NCBI GenBank assembly: GCA_964654445.1
Contig: CAZZIS010000004.1
Coordinates: 2,898-66,897, forward strand
DNA: 64,000 nucleotides
Reading direction: 5' to 3'
From: an uncultured Thioalkalispiraceae bacterium
GTDB taxonomy: Bacteria; Pseudomonadota; Gammaproteobacteria; UBA6429; Thiohalophilaceae
In this document: piece by piece, positions 26,307-37,087 of the stretch
How positions within the stretch are numbered: position 1 is the stretch's first letter
How the letters are laid out: every line of letters begins with the position of its first letter
The notes under the pieces: model-generated
The model's database searches: none
Told to the model about the DNA's origin: nothing
What the model saw: only the letters and a program-made list of their open reading frames with translations
Position numbers and translations under genes: made by a program

Positions 26307-27284
26307 TTAGGAGCGTTTTAAACCCGCCCAATGAAGTAACAATCCTTCAACTAATATTTGCTGATTTGCGGATGTACCGCTTAATCGTATCGTATCATTT
26401 ACTCTGTCTAAAAGTCCGTATATTGATTTCAAGTCTACCTGTCCTGCTAAATTCTGCAAGGTTTGTTCATAATCCATATTTAACACACTTTCAGTATGTC
26501 CACCTTGCAGGATTCGTAGTATATCGAGTATCCAACTGCTTACCCAATTTAACGGCAGATTACCTACTATCTTGAATCCCTCTTTTATCCACATGGCTGC
26601 ACTTTCAAGAGCATCTGTGTCGGCATTTGCGAGTTCTTGCCAGTTATTAAAGAGTTTATCGCGTATCTGTAAGGCTTCAATTTCCGCCATGGTTGCTGCG
26701 GCCAATGGTGCTCCAGCACTTAACTTTAATAATAGCTCAGCTTTATCTATATTTTGATGTTTTAACCATTGCAAGCTTTGTTCTTCTTCAGGTAACTCAA
26801 AACGTATCATTTGTGTCCGACTGCGTATGGTTGCCATTAATTTAGAGGGCTTGTCAGATATAAGCATTAACACTGTATTTGCCGGTGGTTCTTCAAGAGT
26901 TTTTAACAGGCTATTACTGGCATTGATGTTTAAGGCATCAGCTGGTGATATGATAATAACTCGATAACCCTGTCCATGGCTGGTTAATGAGACTTTCTGG
27001 ATTAACTCACGAACCTGATCCACCTTAATTGCTTTGCCCTCTTCTTCCGGGTATATATTAAGAAGATCGGGGTGTGATTTGGCCTGAATTAACTGACAGG
27101 CTTTGCATTTACCACAGGCTTTATCAGCCAAAGGCTGCTCACAGAGTAACCAGTGAGCAAATTCAACTGCAAAGGCTTTTTTTCCTATTCCGGCGGCACC
27201 ATAAAATAATAATCCATGAGCAAGTCGTTTGCTTAAATGACTGCCTGTAAGATTTTTCCAGTTTGATGTCTGCCAGGGAAACAT
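26307..27284 (-). CDS. holB: DNA polymerase III subunit delta'
   Basis: 325 aa. HGLLFYGAAGIGK, zinc module CGKCKACQL and the sensor motif IRSRTQ. Confidence 0.88.
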   Translation of the reverse strand: MFPWQTSNWKNLTGSHLSKRLAHGLLFYGAAGIGKKAFAVEFAHWLLCEQPLADKACGKCKACQLIQAKSHPDLLNIYPEEEGKAIKVDQVRELIQKVSLTSHGQGYRVIIISPADALNINASNSLLKTLEEPPANTVLMLISDKPSKLMATIRSRTQMIRFELPEEEQSLQWLKHQNIDKAELLLKLSAGAPLAAATMAEIEALQIRDKLFNNWQELANADTDALESAAMWIKEGFKIVGNLPLNWVSSWILDILRILQGGHTESVLNMDYEQTLQNLAGQVDLKSIYGLLDRVNDTIRLSGTSANQQILVEGLLLHWAGLKRS

Positions 27285-27920
27285 TCAATTAACCATTTTT
27301 TCAAGAACGGTTTGAATTGACTGCTGCACATCGATAATTGATGGAGTGGCATCAATGATCTGATAGCGTTCAGGTTGAGCGACTGCACGAGATAAATAAG
27401 CATCACGTACTTTATTGAAAAAGTCGTGTTTCTCCATCTCAAAGCGATCAGGTGCGCTACGTTTCCCAGCGCGTTCTAATCCAATATCTACAGGTAAGTC
27501 TAAAATTAAGGTCATATCCGGCCTGAGGTCGCCTTGAACCCATTGTTCTAATTGAGCAATACGAGACATTTCAATACCCCGTCCACCGCCTTGATAGGCA
27601 TAAGTTGCATCAGTAAAGCGATCACAAAGTACCCATTTCCCCGCGTTTAAGGCGGGGAGAATAACTTCTTGCAAATGTTGTGCACGAGCGGCAAACATTA
27701 AAAGCAGTTCAGTATCATCACTCATGGATTGTTCTTTTGCATCTAATAAAACAGTACGCAATTTCTCGCCTAATTTAGTTCCACCAGGCTCACGTGTAAC
27801 TATAAGTTCTTTGCCCGCTTTTATAAGCCAGCTTTCGATAAAAGCCATATTGGTGCTTTTACCCACACCTTCGGTGCCTTCAATGGTAATGAACTGGCCT
27901 TTTGTTACGGAATTATTCAT
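27285..27920 (-). CDS. tmk: thymidylate kinase
   Basis: P-loop ITIEGTEGVGKST and DRFTDATYAYQGGGRG. It abuts holB. Confidence 0.93.
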   Translation of the reverse strand: MNNSVTKGQFITIEGTEGVGKSTNMAFIESWLIKAGKELIVTREPGGTKLGEKLRTVLLDAKEQSMSDDTELLLMFAARAQHLQEVILPALNAGKWVLCDRFTDATYAYQGGGRGIEMSRIAQLEQWVQGDLRPDMTLILDLPVDIGLERAGKRSAPDRFEMEKHDFFNKVRDAYLSRAVAQPERYQIIDATPSIIDVQQSIQTVLEKMVN

Positions 27921-27932
27921 GAATTTTTATCT

Positions 27933-28979
27933 TTATTTTGATTTCTTATGTTTATATGATGAAAAAGAACGTGCTCGACCTTTTAGCTGATATTTTATCA
28001 CTGCTTTGTTATGTTCTTTTAACGTCGCAGAAAATACATGGCTGCCATCACCACGCGCAACAAAGTATAAAGCATTCCCCTCTGCCGGGTGTAGTGCTGC
28101 ATAAATTGCTTTTCTACCAGGTAATGCAATAGGTGTTGGAGGCAAGCCACGTCGACGATAAGTGTTATAAGGTGTATCACGCAGTAAATCTCTTTTACGT
28201 ATATTACCTTTATATTTATCACCCATGCCGTAAATAACAGTAGGATCAGTTTGTAATCGCATACGTTTACTGAGCCGTCTTACAAATACTCCAGAGATCT
28301 GCTCACGCTCACTTGCCAGACCTGTTTCTTTTTCCACAATAGATGCCATGATTAACGCTTCATAAGAATTTTCATAAAGTAACCCAACAGCTCTATTATT
28401 CCATTCTTCTTTTAATACAGATTGCATAGATAAATAAGCACGTTTTAAAAATTCAATATCAGTAAGTTGTTTAGGAAAAAAATATGTGTCTGGTAGAAAC
28501 TGTCCTTCATAATGTGTTCCAGCTAAATTAAGTTTAAGCATGATATCTTCTTTTGATATTTCAGAAACAGTATGTTTGATATGTGGATGCTTGTTTAATG
28601 CATCAAGTAGTTGTTGGAATGACCAACCTTCAATGATAGTTAAAGAAAACTGAATGACTTTACCCGTAAAAATATCATCAAGAAATTGTTTCGTTGTTAG
28701 TTTGTTTGTTAAACGGAAATCTCCTGTTTTCATTTTATTGGAAAGACCATTTAAACGTGCATATAAAAGTAAATACCGAGGATGCTTAATTATCTTTTTA
28801 TTTGCCAAATCATAAATAACAGATGATAATGAGCTACCAGTCTTAATTGAGTAATCAACACTATCTGACTGAATGTTTAAAGTATCTTCTAAAGCATTTT
28901 GATACGAAGTCCATACCCAAACAGATAAAAGCAATACTGCTACGATGCTTGTAACGGTTATTTTTCTAATTACTGACAT
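27933..28979 (-). CDS. mltG: endolytic murein transglycosylase MltG (YceG family)
   Basis: 348 aa. N-terminal TM helix, the IMASIVEKE catalytic-Glu motif and the YNTYRRRGLPPTPI signature. Confidence 0.88.
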   Translation of the reverse strand: MSVIRKITVTSIVAVLLLSVWVWTSYQNALEDTLNIQSDSVDYSIKTGSSLSSVIYDLANKKIIKHPRYLLLYARLNGLSNKMKTGDFRLTNKLTTKQFLDDIFTGKVIQFSLTIIEGWSFQQLLDALNKHPHIKHTVSEISKEDIMLKLNLAGTHYEGQFLPDTYFFPKQLTDIEFLKRAYLSMQSVLKEEWNNRAVGLLYENSYEALIMASIVEKETGLASEREQISGVFVRRLSKRMRLQTDPTVIYGMGDKYKGNIRKRDLLRDTPYNTYRRRGLPPTPIALPGRKAIYAALHPAEGNALYFVARGDGSHVFSATLKEHNKAVIKYQLKGRARSFSSYKHKKSK

Positions 28980-29797
28980 ATTTTATCTACTTCTTCCTGA
29001 AGTTGTTTTGTAATTTCACCAATTTTAGTGAATCGGGTTTTGGCGATAACCTTAATTGGCCAAATACCAAACAAGCTATTGGTTAAAAATAGTTCATCTG
29101 CCATTTCAAGCTCACTTTTAGAGAATTCTTTTTCATATATAGCAAAACCTTTCTCTTTTGCTATATTAACAACAGTTTTGCGCATTACTCCAGTAACGCC
29201 ACATAAAGATAAACCGGGTGTGAAAATTTTACTATCCATTACTGCGAAAATATTACTCATGGTGCCATCAATAACATGTCCTTGTTTTGTTAACATCAAG
29301 CCTTCCTGAAACTCATCAGTATCCCATTCGTTTCTGGCTAAAATTTGTTCTAGTCTGTTAAGGTGTTTTATACCCGCAAGTTTTTCATTTTCTGATAACG
29401 TGGTTTCACAATAACGGACTGCAACCCCTTCGGTTTGATAATTTTCAGTATAATCTGGCCATGAATGACGACTTAAAATTCGTGTTATGTTTTGCTCACT
29501 TGTAAATCGATAACCACGCGATCCTTCTCCCCGTGTTATGATTAATTTAATAACAAATTGATTTGTATTTTTATTTTTACACAGTAACGCTATTTCTCTT
29601 TCCAGTATTTCTTTATCTGGAATAGTGATTGAGAGTTTTTTACAACCTGTGTTTAGTCGTTGCCAGTGTTCGTTCCATAAAGCTATCTTTCCATTGCGAA
29701 CAGCCATGGTTTCAAATAAACCATCTCCATACTGCAGGCCACGATCAAAAATACTGATCGTATCTTTTGTTTCGCCATTTATAAGTATGTCAGTCAT
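28970..29797 (-). CDS. pabC: aminodeoxychorismate lyase (class IV aminotransferase fold)
   Basis: 275 aa. DRGLQYGDGLFET N-terminus. The context is pabB upstream and mltG downstream. Confidence 0.8.
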   Translation of the reverse strand: MTDILINGETKDTISIFDRGLQYGDGLFETMAVRNGKIALWNEHWQRLNTGCKKLSITIPDKEILEREIALLCKNKNTNQFVIKLIITRGEGSRGYRFTSEQNITRILSRHSWPDYTENYQTEGVAVRYCETTLSENEKLAGIKHLNRLEQILARNEWDTDEFQEGLMLTKQGHVIDGTMSNIFAVMDSKIFTPGLSLCGVTGVMRKTVVNIAKEKGFAIYEKEFSKSELEMADELFLTNSLFGIWPIKVIAKTRFTKIGEITKQLQEEVDKICQ

Positions 29798-31200
29798 TAT
29801 ATTATTAAATCTGCTTCCTGCAATGCAAGCAATAAGCCACGTGCTTTATGCCGTGTTTCTTCCAGCTCAGACTGAGCAATTGAATCTGCCACCAATCCAG
29901 CGCCAGCTCGAAAAGACAGTGTATTATCTTCCAGTGTGATTGTTCTAATTAATATATTTATGTCCATATCACCATTATGATTTAAATAACCCATTGAGCC
30001 GGTGTAAGCACCCCTGGCTTCATTTTCGAGCTCAGAAATAATCTCCATACAGCGTACTTTCGGGCAGCCTGTAATCGTACCCCCTGGGAAAACGGCCTTA
30101 ATGACCTCTCCTGGTAATATACCTTTCTTTAACTGCCCGCAGACATTTGAAACGATATGGTGAACATGTGCATAAGATTCCAATATCATGAGCTCATCGA
30201 CCTTAATACTACCTGGTATACAAATTCGTCCTAAATCATTTCGCTCAAGATCAATCAGCATAATATGTTCTGCACGTTCCTTTGGGTGAGCAATAAGCTC
30301 TTCTTTTAATGCCTCATCTTTTACTTCATCCTGTTCTCGTTTACGGGTACCTGCTATTGGGCGTGTTTCAACTCGACCATTTTTAACACTAATTAAACGT
30401 TCGGGTGATGAACTTATAATTGAAAAATTGTTGTGTACGGCTAAACCAGAAAAGGGTGCGGGATTTGTATCTCGTAATTTTTGATATAGTTCTACCGCAT
30501 TAATATTGGAGTTTTCTGTTTCCCAAAGGCGAGAAAGATTTACTTGAAAAACATCACCATTAACTATATATTTTTTTACTTTTTCTATTGAACCAAGATA
30601 CTGCTTTTCATCTTCTTCCTGAATACTTACTTGTTCTAAAGAATGACGATTTGACAGTTTTTCTATTTTTGTTGCATCCGACTTTAGCTGTTCTAAATAA
30701 TCAAACTGTTGTTCGCAAACATAATATGTAATACCTTCCTTATGATCATAAAGGATAGCCGCAGGAATTCGTGTTGCGTATGAAATCGGGATTGATGGTA
30801 ATTTTAATTTCAGATGAGGTTCAACTTGTTTTGCTAATTCATAACCAAGATATAAGAACCAGCCTCCTGAAAAAGGTAACGTTTCACACTCAACCTTATT
30901 GTTACGTTTAGCCTGCCACCACTTACTTAAATTAGCTAGAAAGTCATTACCTTCAACATCACTATAACCACTGAGCTTTTCATTATTGGATAAGGTTAAT
31001 GTTTCTTGCGGGAAGGCAAAAAGAATATCAAAACGTGATGAGTCTGCATGTTTGATTGAAGTAACAACACTTTCAAGTAAAAAAGGATAACGTACAGGAT
31101 TTGATTGATGCAGGGCTAGCAAATTTTGCTGCCCTTTCTGCAGGTATATTTTTAGCCCTTCCGATTTAAAAGGGATAGAACTGGGATTGGAATGCTGCAT
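29797..31200 (-). CDS. pabB: aminodeoxychorismate synthase component I
   Basis: 467 aa with a chorismate-binding domain (FPGGTITGCPKVRCMEIISELE, GAYTGSMGYL). Assigned to pabB rather than trpE because it is translationally coupled to pabC (1-nt overlap). Confidence 0.75.
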   Translation of the reverse strand: MQHSNPSSIPFKSEGLKIYLQKGQQNLLALHQSNPVRYPFLLESVVTSIKHADSSRFDILFAFPQETLTLSNNEKLSGYSDVEGNDFLANLSKWWQAKRNNKVECETLPFSGGWFLYLGYELAKQVEPHLKLKLPSIPISYATRIPAAILYDHKEGITYYVCEQQFDYLEQLKSDATKIEKLSNRHSLEQVSIQEEDEKQYLGSIEKVKKYIVNGDVFQVNLSRLWETENSNINAVELYQKLRDTNPAPFSGLAVHNNFSIISSSPERLISVKNGRVETRPIAGTRKREQDEVKDEALKEELIAHPKERAEHIMLIDLERNDLGRICIPGSIKVDELMILESYAHVHHIVSNVCGQLKKGILPGEVIKAVFPGGTITGCPKVRCMEIISELENEARGAYTGSMGYLNHNGDMDINILIRTITLEDNTLSFRAGAGLVADSIAQSELEETRHKARGLLLALQEADLII

Positions 31201-31234
31201 AATTAGAACTGCTGCAGTTTTGTTTTAGCTCAAT

Positions 31235-32473
31235 TTAAATTTTACGGAAAACTAATGTGCCGTTTGTACCGCCAAAACCAAATGAATTTGATATTGCGAT
31301 ATCAATTTTTATTTCTTGTGGTGTATCGGGTACAAAGTTGAGATCACAACCTTCATCAACATTGAAAATATTAATTGTTGGTGGAGCAACTTGATCTTTA
31401 ATTGCAAGCACAGAGAATATTGCTTCAATACCACCTGCTGCACCAAGTAAATGCCCGGTCATTGATTTAGTTGAACTCATCGCTAACTTCTTGGCATGAT
31501 CACCAAAGGTTAATTTTGCTGCTTGTACTTCTACAATATCACCGGCAGGTGTTGAAGTACCATGTGCATTCACATAGTCAACATCTTCAGGATTAATAGC
31601 TGCATCATTTATTGCATTGATCATACAACGACTTGCACCTTCACCACCAACTGATGGTGTTGTCATATGATAAGCGTCACCACTCATACCAAAGCCTATA
31701 ACTTCAGCATAAATTTTAGCGCCGCGTTTTTTAGCATGTTCATATTCTTCGATAACCATAACACCTGCACCATCACCAAGAACAAAACCATCCCGGTCTT
31801 TGTCCCAGGGTCGACTTGCTGTTGCTGGATCATCATTACGTGATGACAATGCGCGTGCAGCTGCAAAGCCACCTAAACCTAATATTGATGTTGCATTCTC
31901 TGCACCACCGGTAATCATGACATCAGCATCACCATGTTCAATCATACGTGCTGCATCGCCAATACTGTGTGTTGCCGTTGCACATGCTGTTGTGATTGCG
32001 TAGTTAGGTCCTTTAAAACCATAACGAATTGATAAATTTCCTGAGATCATATTAATAATGGTCGCAGGAATAATAAAAGGTGAAATCTTACGTGGACCAC
32101 CTTTTAAATATTTTTCATAATTCGCTTCGATAGTATTTAAACCGCCGATACCTGAACCAATAGAAACACCAATACGATAAGCATTATCTTCAGTCGCTTC
32201 GATACCTGAATCTTCAATCGCTTCAATCGCTGCGGCAATACCGTAATGAATAAATGAATCCATTTTGCGAGCGTCTTTAGCAGACATAATACTGGTAACG
32301 TCAAAGTTTTTAACAGAAGCACTGAATGTAGTTGCAAATGCAGATGCATCAAAAGCGCTGATAGTTTCAACACCACTTTTACCGGCAAGAATATTCTTCC
32401 AGCTTTCTTCTACTGAATTGCCAACTGGAGAAAGCATCCCCATTCCTGTTACAACTACACGACGTTTAGACAT
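31235..32473 (-). CDS. fabF: beta-ketoacyl-ACP synthase II
   Basis: 412 aa. [19 protein letters not shown], active-site [15 protein letters not shown], plus HGTSTPAGD and GHLLGAAG. Confidence 0.95.
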   Translation of the reverse strand: MSKRRVVVTGMGMLSPVGNSVEESWKNILAGKSGVETISAFDASAFATTFSASVKNFDVTSIMSAKDARKMDSFIHYGIAAAIEAIEDSGIEATEDNAYRIGVSIGSGIGGLNTIEANYEKYLKGGPRKISPFIIPATIINMISGNLSIRYGFKGPNYAITTACATATHSIGDAARMIEHGDADVMITGGAENATSILGLGGFAAARALSSRNDDPATASRPWDKDRDGFVLGDGAGVMVIEEYEHAKKRGAKIYAEVIGFGMSGDAYHMTTPSVGGEGASRCMINAINDAAINPEDVDYVNAHGTSTPAGDIVEVQAAKLTFGDHAKKLAMSSTKSMTGHLLGAAGGIEAIFSVLAIKDQVAPPTINIFNVDEGCDLNFVPDTPQEIKIDIAISNSFGFGGTNGTLVFRKI

Positions 32474-32542
32474 GATTTGTTCTCAATATTATTTAGTTTA
32501 ATCTGGTACTTTTATTTACTGCTATTTTGTACTGGCAGAAAA

Positions 32543-32587
32543 TAAAAAACCGCTACCAAAATGCATTTCTGCATAATGGTGCGGTTT
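32543..32587 (-). terminator. stem-loop plus U-tract after acpP (attenuator/terminator between acpP and fabF)
   Basis: On the minus strand: ACCGCACCATTATGCAGAAATGCATTTTGGTAGCGGT followed by TTTTTTATTTT. Confidence 0.55.
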
Positions 32588-32607
32588 AATATCAGGATAC
32601 AGCGGAA

Positions 32608-32841
32608 TTAGCCGTTAGCGTTAATATAATTAACCGCTTCTGCAACCGTAGTAATCTTTTCTGCATCTTCATCAGGAATTTCTGTTTCAAACTCTTCTTC
32701 AAGAGCCATCACTAATTCAACTGTATCGAGTGAATCAGCACCCAAGTCGTCTACGAATGAAGCATCTTTCGTTACTTCTTCTTCCTTAACGCCCAATTGC
32801 TCAATTACGATTTTTTGTACACGTTCTTCAATGCTGCTCAT
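32608..32841 (-). CDS. acpP: acyl carrier protein
   Basis: [51 protein letters not shown]... (77 aa) with the DSLD phosphopantetheine site. The 112-aa track ORF is an upstream over-extension. Confidence 0.97.
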   Translation of the reverse strand: MSSIEERVQKIVIEQLGVKEEEVTKDASFVDDLGADSLDTVELVMALEEEFETEIPDEDAEKITTVAEAVNYINANG

Positions 32842-33012
32842 TTGGTCAATTCCTCCAATTTTTATTCGATTGACGCTGCGGGCGCTATTGTATTGGAAAC
32901 ACCCGCCAGATTCTACTTTCATGGCCATTTTAGCCAAATAAATCACACATTTAATTATTTATTAATCTTATCAATATATTAAAAGCTTTTCTGCAGTAGT
33001 GGAAAGCCAAAA

Positions 33013-33756
33013 TTAGCTCATATGCATGCCGCCATTGACGTGTAATGTCTCACCTGTGATGTATGCCGCGCCAGGAGAGGCTAAAAATGTGACTGCGTGA
33101 GCAATCTCTGCAGCACTTCCTAAGCGTCCAAGGGGAATTTGCCCTAATAAAGCGTCACGTTGTGCTTCTGGTAACGCACGTGTCATGTCCGTATCTATAA
33201 AACCAGGCGCAACCACATTAACAGTAATGCCTCGTGAGCCTACCTCACGTGCGAGAGACTTACTAAATCCGATAACACCCGCTTTAGCCGCAGAATAGTT
33301 GGCTTGTCCCGCATTACCTGTAACACCCACTACTGAAGCAATACTAATAATGCGGCCTTTTTTCGCTTTCATCATGCCTCGTAAACATGCTTTACTCACT
33401 CGGAATATCGAACTCAGATTAGTATTCATAATGTCATTCCATTCTGCATCTTTCATTCGCATAACGAGGTTGTCACGTGTGATGCCAGCATTATTAATCA
33501 ATATTGTTGGTGTACCATAATCATCAGCAATTGCTTTAACAGTTGCGGTAATACTATCTTGATTAGTCACATTCATGACCAACCCACCACCTTTAATATT
33601 GTTTTCTTTCAAATAGTTAGAGATGTTTTCTGCACCACTTTCTGAAGTAGCTGTTCCTATTACTGTTGCACCTTGAGCACCCAAAGCAAGTGCGATTTCC
33701 TTACCAATACCACGACTAGCGCCAGATACGAATGCAATTTCATTTTCTAAAGACAT
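33013..33756 (-). CDS. fabG: 3-oxoacyl-ACP reductase
   Basis: 247-aa SDR with VSGASRGIGKEIA and YSAAKAGVIGFSKSLA. Confidence 0.95.
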   Translation of the reverse strand: MSLENEIAFVSGASRGIGKEIALALGAQGATVIGTATSESGAENISNYLKENNIKGGGLVMNVTNQDSITATVKAIADDYGTPTILINNAGITRDNLVMRMKDAEWNDIMNTNLSSIFRVSKACLRGMMKAKKGRIISIASVVGVTGNAGQANYSAAKAGVIGFSKSLAREVGSRGITVNVVAPGFIDTDMTRALPEAQRDALLGQIPLGRLGSAAEIAHAVTFLASPGAAYITGETLHVNGGMHMS

Positions 33757-33785
33757 AGTGTGTTCCCTTTTGAATTCTTAATTAC

Positions 33786-33869
33786 GTAGGTTCGAATTCA
33801 TTCGAACGCCTAGGTTGAATCTAACCTAGAGGTTTAAATGATACCGCGTTCGAATGAATTCGAACCTAC
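33786..33869. repeat. 84-bp nested palindromic element in the fabD-fabG spacer
   Basis: The 24-bp perfect inverted arms are GTAGGTTCGAATTCATTCGAACGC (33786-33809) and GCGTTCGAATGAATTCGAACCTAC (33846-33869). They enclose a second palindrome, CTAGGTTGAATCTAACCTAG (33810-33829). Confidence 0.85.
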
Positions 33870-33885
33870 AAATAAATATAAACCC

Positions 33886-34812
33886 CTATAAATTTTGTGC
33901 AGCTTCAATTGAAGCAGTATCAAGTAATGCTGATGTGGCCAGAGCTTTATTAATTCTTTTATTGAGTCCTACTAAAACTTTACCCGGACCACATTCATTG
34001 AATTGGTCTGCTCCGTCAGCAGACATTTTTTCAATGATTTCAACCCAGCGTACCGGACTAAAAAGTTGACGTTTTAATGCATCACGTATATCCACTTCAG
34101 AGTCAGCTGCAATGACATCAACATTATTTATAACAGGAATTGATGGTGTATTAAATGTAATTGTATTAAGTACCTCAGCTAATTGCTCAGCTGCGGGTTT
34201 CATTAAGGCACAATGAGATGGGACACTAACAGGTAATTCCAGAGCACGTTTTGCACCCTTCTCTTTCGCTAACACCGTTACACGTTCGACTGCTGATTTA
34301 TTCCCTGCTACAACCACCTGACCAGGAGAATTGTAGTTAACGGCTTCAAGTACCTCACCTTGTGCGGCATCAAGACAAACTTGACGTACTGCTTCATCGT
34401 CCATTCCTAAAATCGCAGCCATAGCACCCGTACCCGCAGGTACTGCTTGCATCATAAACTTGCCACGTTGAGAAACGAGCTTAACAGCATCAATAAAATC
34501 CAGACTACCTGTACAAACTAGCGCAGTATATTCACCTAAACTATGGCCAGCCATCATAGATGGCATAGCACCACCTTTAGCTTGCCATACACGCCATGTT
34601 GCAACAGCAGAAACCAACATAGCTGGTTGAGTAATATCAGTACTGTTTAATTTTTCCGCTGGACCTTGCTGGATTAATGACCACAAGTCATAACCCAAAG
34701 CATCAGATGCTTCCTGAAACGTTGTAGTAACTTCTGAAAAATTTTCTCCAAGGTCTTTTAACATGCCCACAGACTGTGAACCCTGACCTGGAAATATAAA
34801 TGCTAAAGACAT
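33886..34812 (-). CDS. fabD: malonyl-CoA:ACP transacylase
   Basis: 308 aa with FIFPGQGSQSVGM and active-site GHSLGEYTAL. Confidence 0.95.
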   Translation of the reverse strand: MSLAFIFPGQGSQSVGMLKDLGENFSEVTTTFQEASDALGYDLWSLIQQGPAEKLNSTDITQPAMLVSAVATWRVWQAKGGAMPSMMAGHSLGEYTALVCTGSLDFIDAVKLVSQRGKFMMQAVPAGTGAMAAILGMDDEAVRQVCLDAAQGEVLEAVNYNSPGQVVVAGNKSAVERVTVLAKEKGAKRALELPVSVPSHCALMKPAAEQLAEVLNTITFNTPSIPVINNVDVIAADSEVDIRDALKRQLFSPVRWVEIIEKMSADGADQFNECGPGKVLVGLNKRINKALATSALLDTASIEAAQNL

Positions 34813-34834
34813 TTTTTATCCTTATATTTTAATT

Positions 34835-34947
34835 GCCACGAAGGACACAAAGAACACGAAGAAAAGAAAAGTTTTACAACAAAATCCCTGTGCCCCCAGT
34901 GTTCCCCGTTGTTTTTATATTAATATTTTCCAGGTGTTCTTCGTGGC
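34835..34947. repeat. MITE/REP-like element, copy 1 (113 bp), with terminal inverted repeats GCCACGAAGgACAC / GTGTtCTTCGTGGC
   Basis: It fills nearly the whole fabH-fabD spacer. It shares both ends and a GC-rich core (ccctgtgcccccagtg) with the element at 41298-41434, in opposite orientation. Confidence 0.8.
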
Positions 34948-34958
34948 TAAATTTATTT

Positions 34959-35927
34959 TTAGTATTTAATTAATGCCGAGCCCCAGGTGAAACCACCACC
35001 AAAGGCTTCAAGCAGTATTGTTTCACCGCGTTTAATTCTTCCATCGCGCACGGCTTCGTTTAATGCAAGTGGTACAGATGCCGCTGAGGTGTTGCCATGA
35101 TCATGCACGGTCACAACAACATTATCCATCGACATACCTAATTTTTTTGCAGTAGCATTAATGATTCGAATATTAGCTTGATGCGGCACTAACCAGTCAA
35201 TGTTGGATTTTTCCATATGATTGGCTGCAAGTGTTTCATCAACTATGCGGCCTAGTGTATTCACGGCCATTTTAAATACTTCATTGCCTTTCATTTGCAT
35301 GTAGGCTTCACCTGATTTAAATAAAGCAGGATTTTCAGATACGCCAGCTGGAACCGTTAATAATTCCTTATATTTTCCGTCTGCATGCAAGTGTGTTGAT
35401 AAAATGCCGGGTTCATTGCTCGCTTGTAAAATAACTGCACCTGCGCCATCACCAAATAAAACACAGGTAGTACGATCGGTCCAGTCAACAGTGCGTGACA
35501 TTGTTTCAGCACCTATCACTAAAGCTGTTTTATGTGTGCCAGATTTGATGAACTTATCAGCTATACCCAGGGCATAAACAAATCCTGTACACACGGCTTG
35601 TACATCAAAAGCAGTACAGCCATGTATGTCGAGACGGTCTTGTAATAAACATGCTGTACTTGGAAAAATACGATTAGGTGTAGTTGTTGCGACTATAATT
35701 AAATCGATATCATCTTTGGTTAAACCCGCTGCTTCCATTGCATTTAATGCTGCTTTTTCAGCTAAATCACAGGTTGTTTCACCTTCAACAACAAGGTGAC
35801 GTTTTTTAATGCCAGTACGTTCTGTAATCCAGTCATCTGTAGTATCAACAATTTTTTCCAGATCTGCATTGGTAACAACCTTCTCAGGTAAATATCCGCC
35901 TGTGCCTGTTATATTCGAATAGATCAA
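34959..35927 (-). CDS. fabH: beta-ketoacyl-ACP synthase III
   Basis: 322 aa. Active-site Cys in [15 protein letters not shown], plus HQANIRI and [12 protein letters not shown]. Confidence 0.95.
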   Translation of the reverse strand: MIYSNITGTGGYLPEKVVTNADLEKIVDTTDDWITERTGIKKRHLVVEGETTCDLAEKAALNAMEAAGLTKDDIDLIIVATTTPNRIFPSTACLLQDRLDIHGCTAFDVQAVCTGFVYALGIADKFIKSGTHKTALVIGAETMSRTVDWTDRTTCVLFGDGAGAVILQASNEPGILSTHLHADGKYKELLTVPAGVSENPALFKSGEAYMQMKGNEVFKMAVNTLGRIVDETLAANHMEKSNIDWLVPHQANIRIINATAKKLGMSMDNVVVTVHDHGNTSAASVPLALNEAVRDGRIKRGETILLEAFGGGFTWGSALIKY

Positions 35928-36964
35928 ATTGTTTGCCTCGTGGCTAATTGGCTTTCTAATTTTTTACTGATTAATGCAGGAACATCTTTTTCTACTTCAA
36001 GCATTGCAACATGAATCGCGTTACAAAAAGAATACGCATCTGCTCCACCATGACTTTTAACAACGACACCCTTTAAACCAAGGAAACTGGCACCGTTATA
36101 TTCACGTGGATCGACACGACGTTTAAATCGTTTTAACGCAGGCATGGAAAGTAATGCGGATAGTTTGGAAAACAACGTTGCTTTATATTCTTCTTTAAGA
36201 AAACCAGTGAACATCTTAGCCGCACCTTCAACCGTTTTTAACATTACGTTACCGATGAAACCGTCACAAACAACAACGTCAACTGAACCAAGAAAAATGC
36301 CATCACCTTCAACATAACCAATATAATTAAGGTTACTGTCAGCAAGCAAACGTGATGCTTCTTTTACACGTTCATTACCTTTAATTTCTTCTTCACCAAT
36401 GTTTAATAAACCAATAGAGGGGCTTTCAAGATTAAATACGGCTTCCGCTAAAGCATCCCCCATAAAAGCAAACTCAAGTAATGATTCTGCAGAAGAATCA
36501 ACATTCGCTCCCAAGTCCAGTACATGGGTAAAACCTGTTGGGTTATTCAGGTTAGGTAAAGCACTACAAATAGCAGGACGATCAATACCGGGTAATGTTT
36601 TTAGAACAAAACGTGCAGTAGCCATCAATGCGCCTGTATTACCCGCACTTACAGAAGCTTGCGCTTTACCTTCTTTAACAAGATTAATAGCAACTCGCAT
36701 CGATGAATCTTTTTTACCACGAAGTGCAAGAGAAGGTGCTTCAGATGATCCAACAACTTGAGTAGCATGCTGGACAGTAATACGAGAAGAGAGTTTTGCC
36801 GCCTTATCACCTAATTCTTTTTTTATAACATCATGATCACCTACAAGAATTAAAGATAAATGCTTATACTTTAATAACGCATCAAGTGCAGCCGGTATCA
36901 CAATGGATACGCCGAAGTCGCCGCCCATACAATCGAGTGATATCGTTACCTGAGATTTACTCAT
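35924..36964 (-). CDS. plsX: phosphate acyltransferase PlsX
   Basis: 346 aa. [12 protein letters not shown]-terminus and GFIGNVMLK motif. It overlaps fabH by 4 nt. Confidence 0.93.
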   Translation of the reverse strand: MSKSQVTISLDCMGGDFGVSIVIPAALDALLKYKHLSLILVGDHDVIKKELGDKAAKLSSRITVQHATQVVGSSEAPSLALRGKKDSSMRVAINLVKEGKAQASVSAGNTGALMATARFVLKTLPGIDRPAICSALPNLNNPTGFTHVLDLGANVDSSAESLLEFAFMGDALAEAVFNLESPSIGLLNIGEEEIKGNERVKEASRLLADSNLNYIGYVEGDGIFLGSVDVVVCDGFIGNVMLKTVEGAAKMFTGFLKEEYKATLFSKLSALLSMPALKRFKRRVDPREYNGASFLGLKGVVVKSHGGADAYSFCNAIHVAMLEVEKDVPALISKKLESQLATRQTI

Positions 36965-36991
36965 TTATTATGATGTCCATTTTAAAGCAAA

Positions 36992-37059
36992 TACGGGATA
37001 TAGTCTCCCATATCCCGTAAATTCATGAGACCTTTGCACGAACCTTGCGAAGGGTCTCA
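36992..37059 (-). promoter_or_regulatory. two stem-loops in the rpmF-plsX spacer
   Basis: TACGGGATAT-N8-ATATCCCGTA (36992-37019; 10-bp stem) and TGAGACCTTT...AAGGGTCTCA (37026-37059). These are possible attenuator or processing structures. The function is not established. Confidence 0.35.
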
Positions 37060-37087
37060 AATAAGGTGAATTACTCGTTCGAGTATA

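Noticed and set aside
27233-27442. 69-aa minus-strand ORF across the tmk/holB junction, plus assorted short ORFs of 60-100 aa inside mltG, pabC, fabF, plsX, yceD and pycB on either strand.
   Set aside because: All are nested within, or out of frame with, well-supported housekeeping genes. None has an independent signal.
32842-32946. N-terminal extension of the acpP ORF (112-aa track model).
   Set aside because: ACP is universally about 77 aa. The conserved MSSIEERV start is at 32841, and the upstream codons have no homology-like character.
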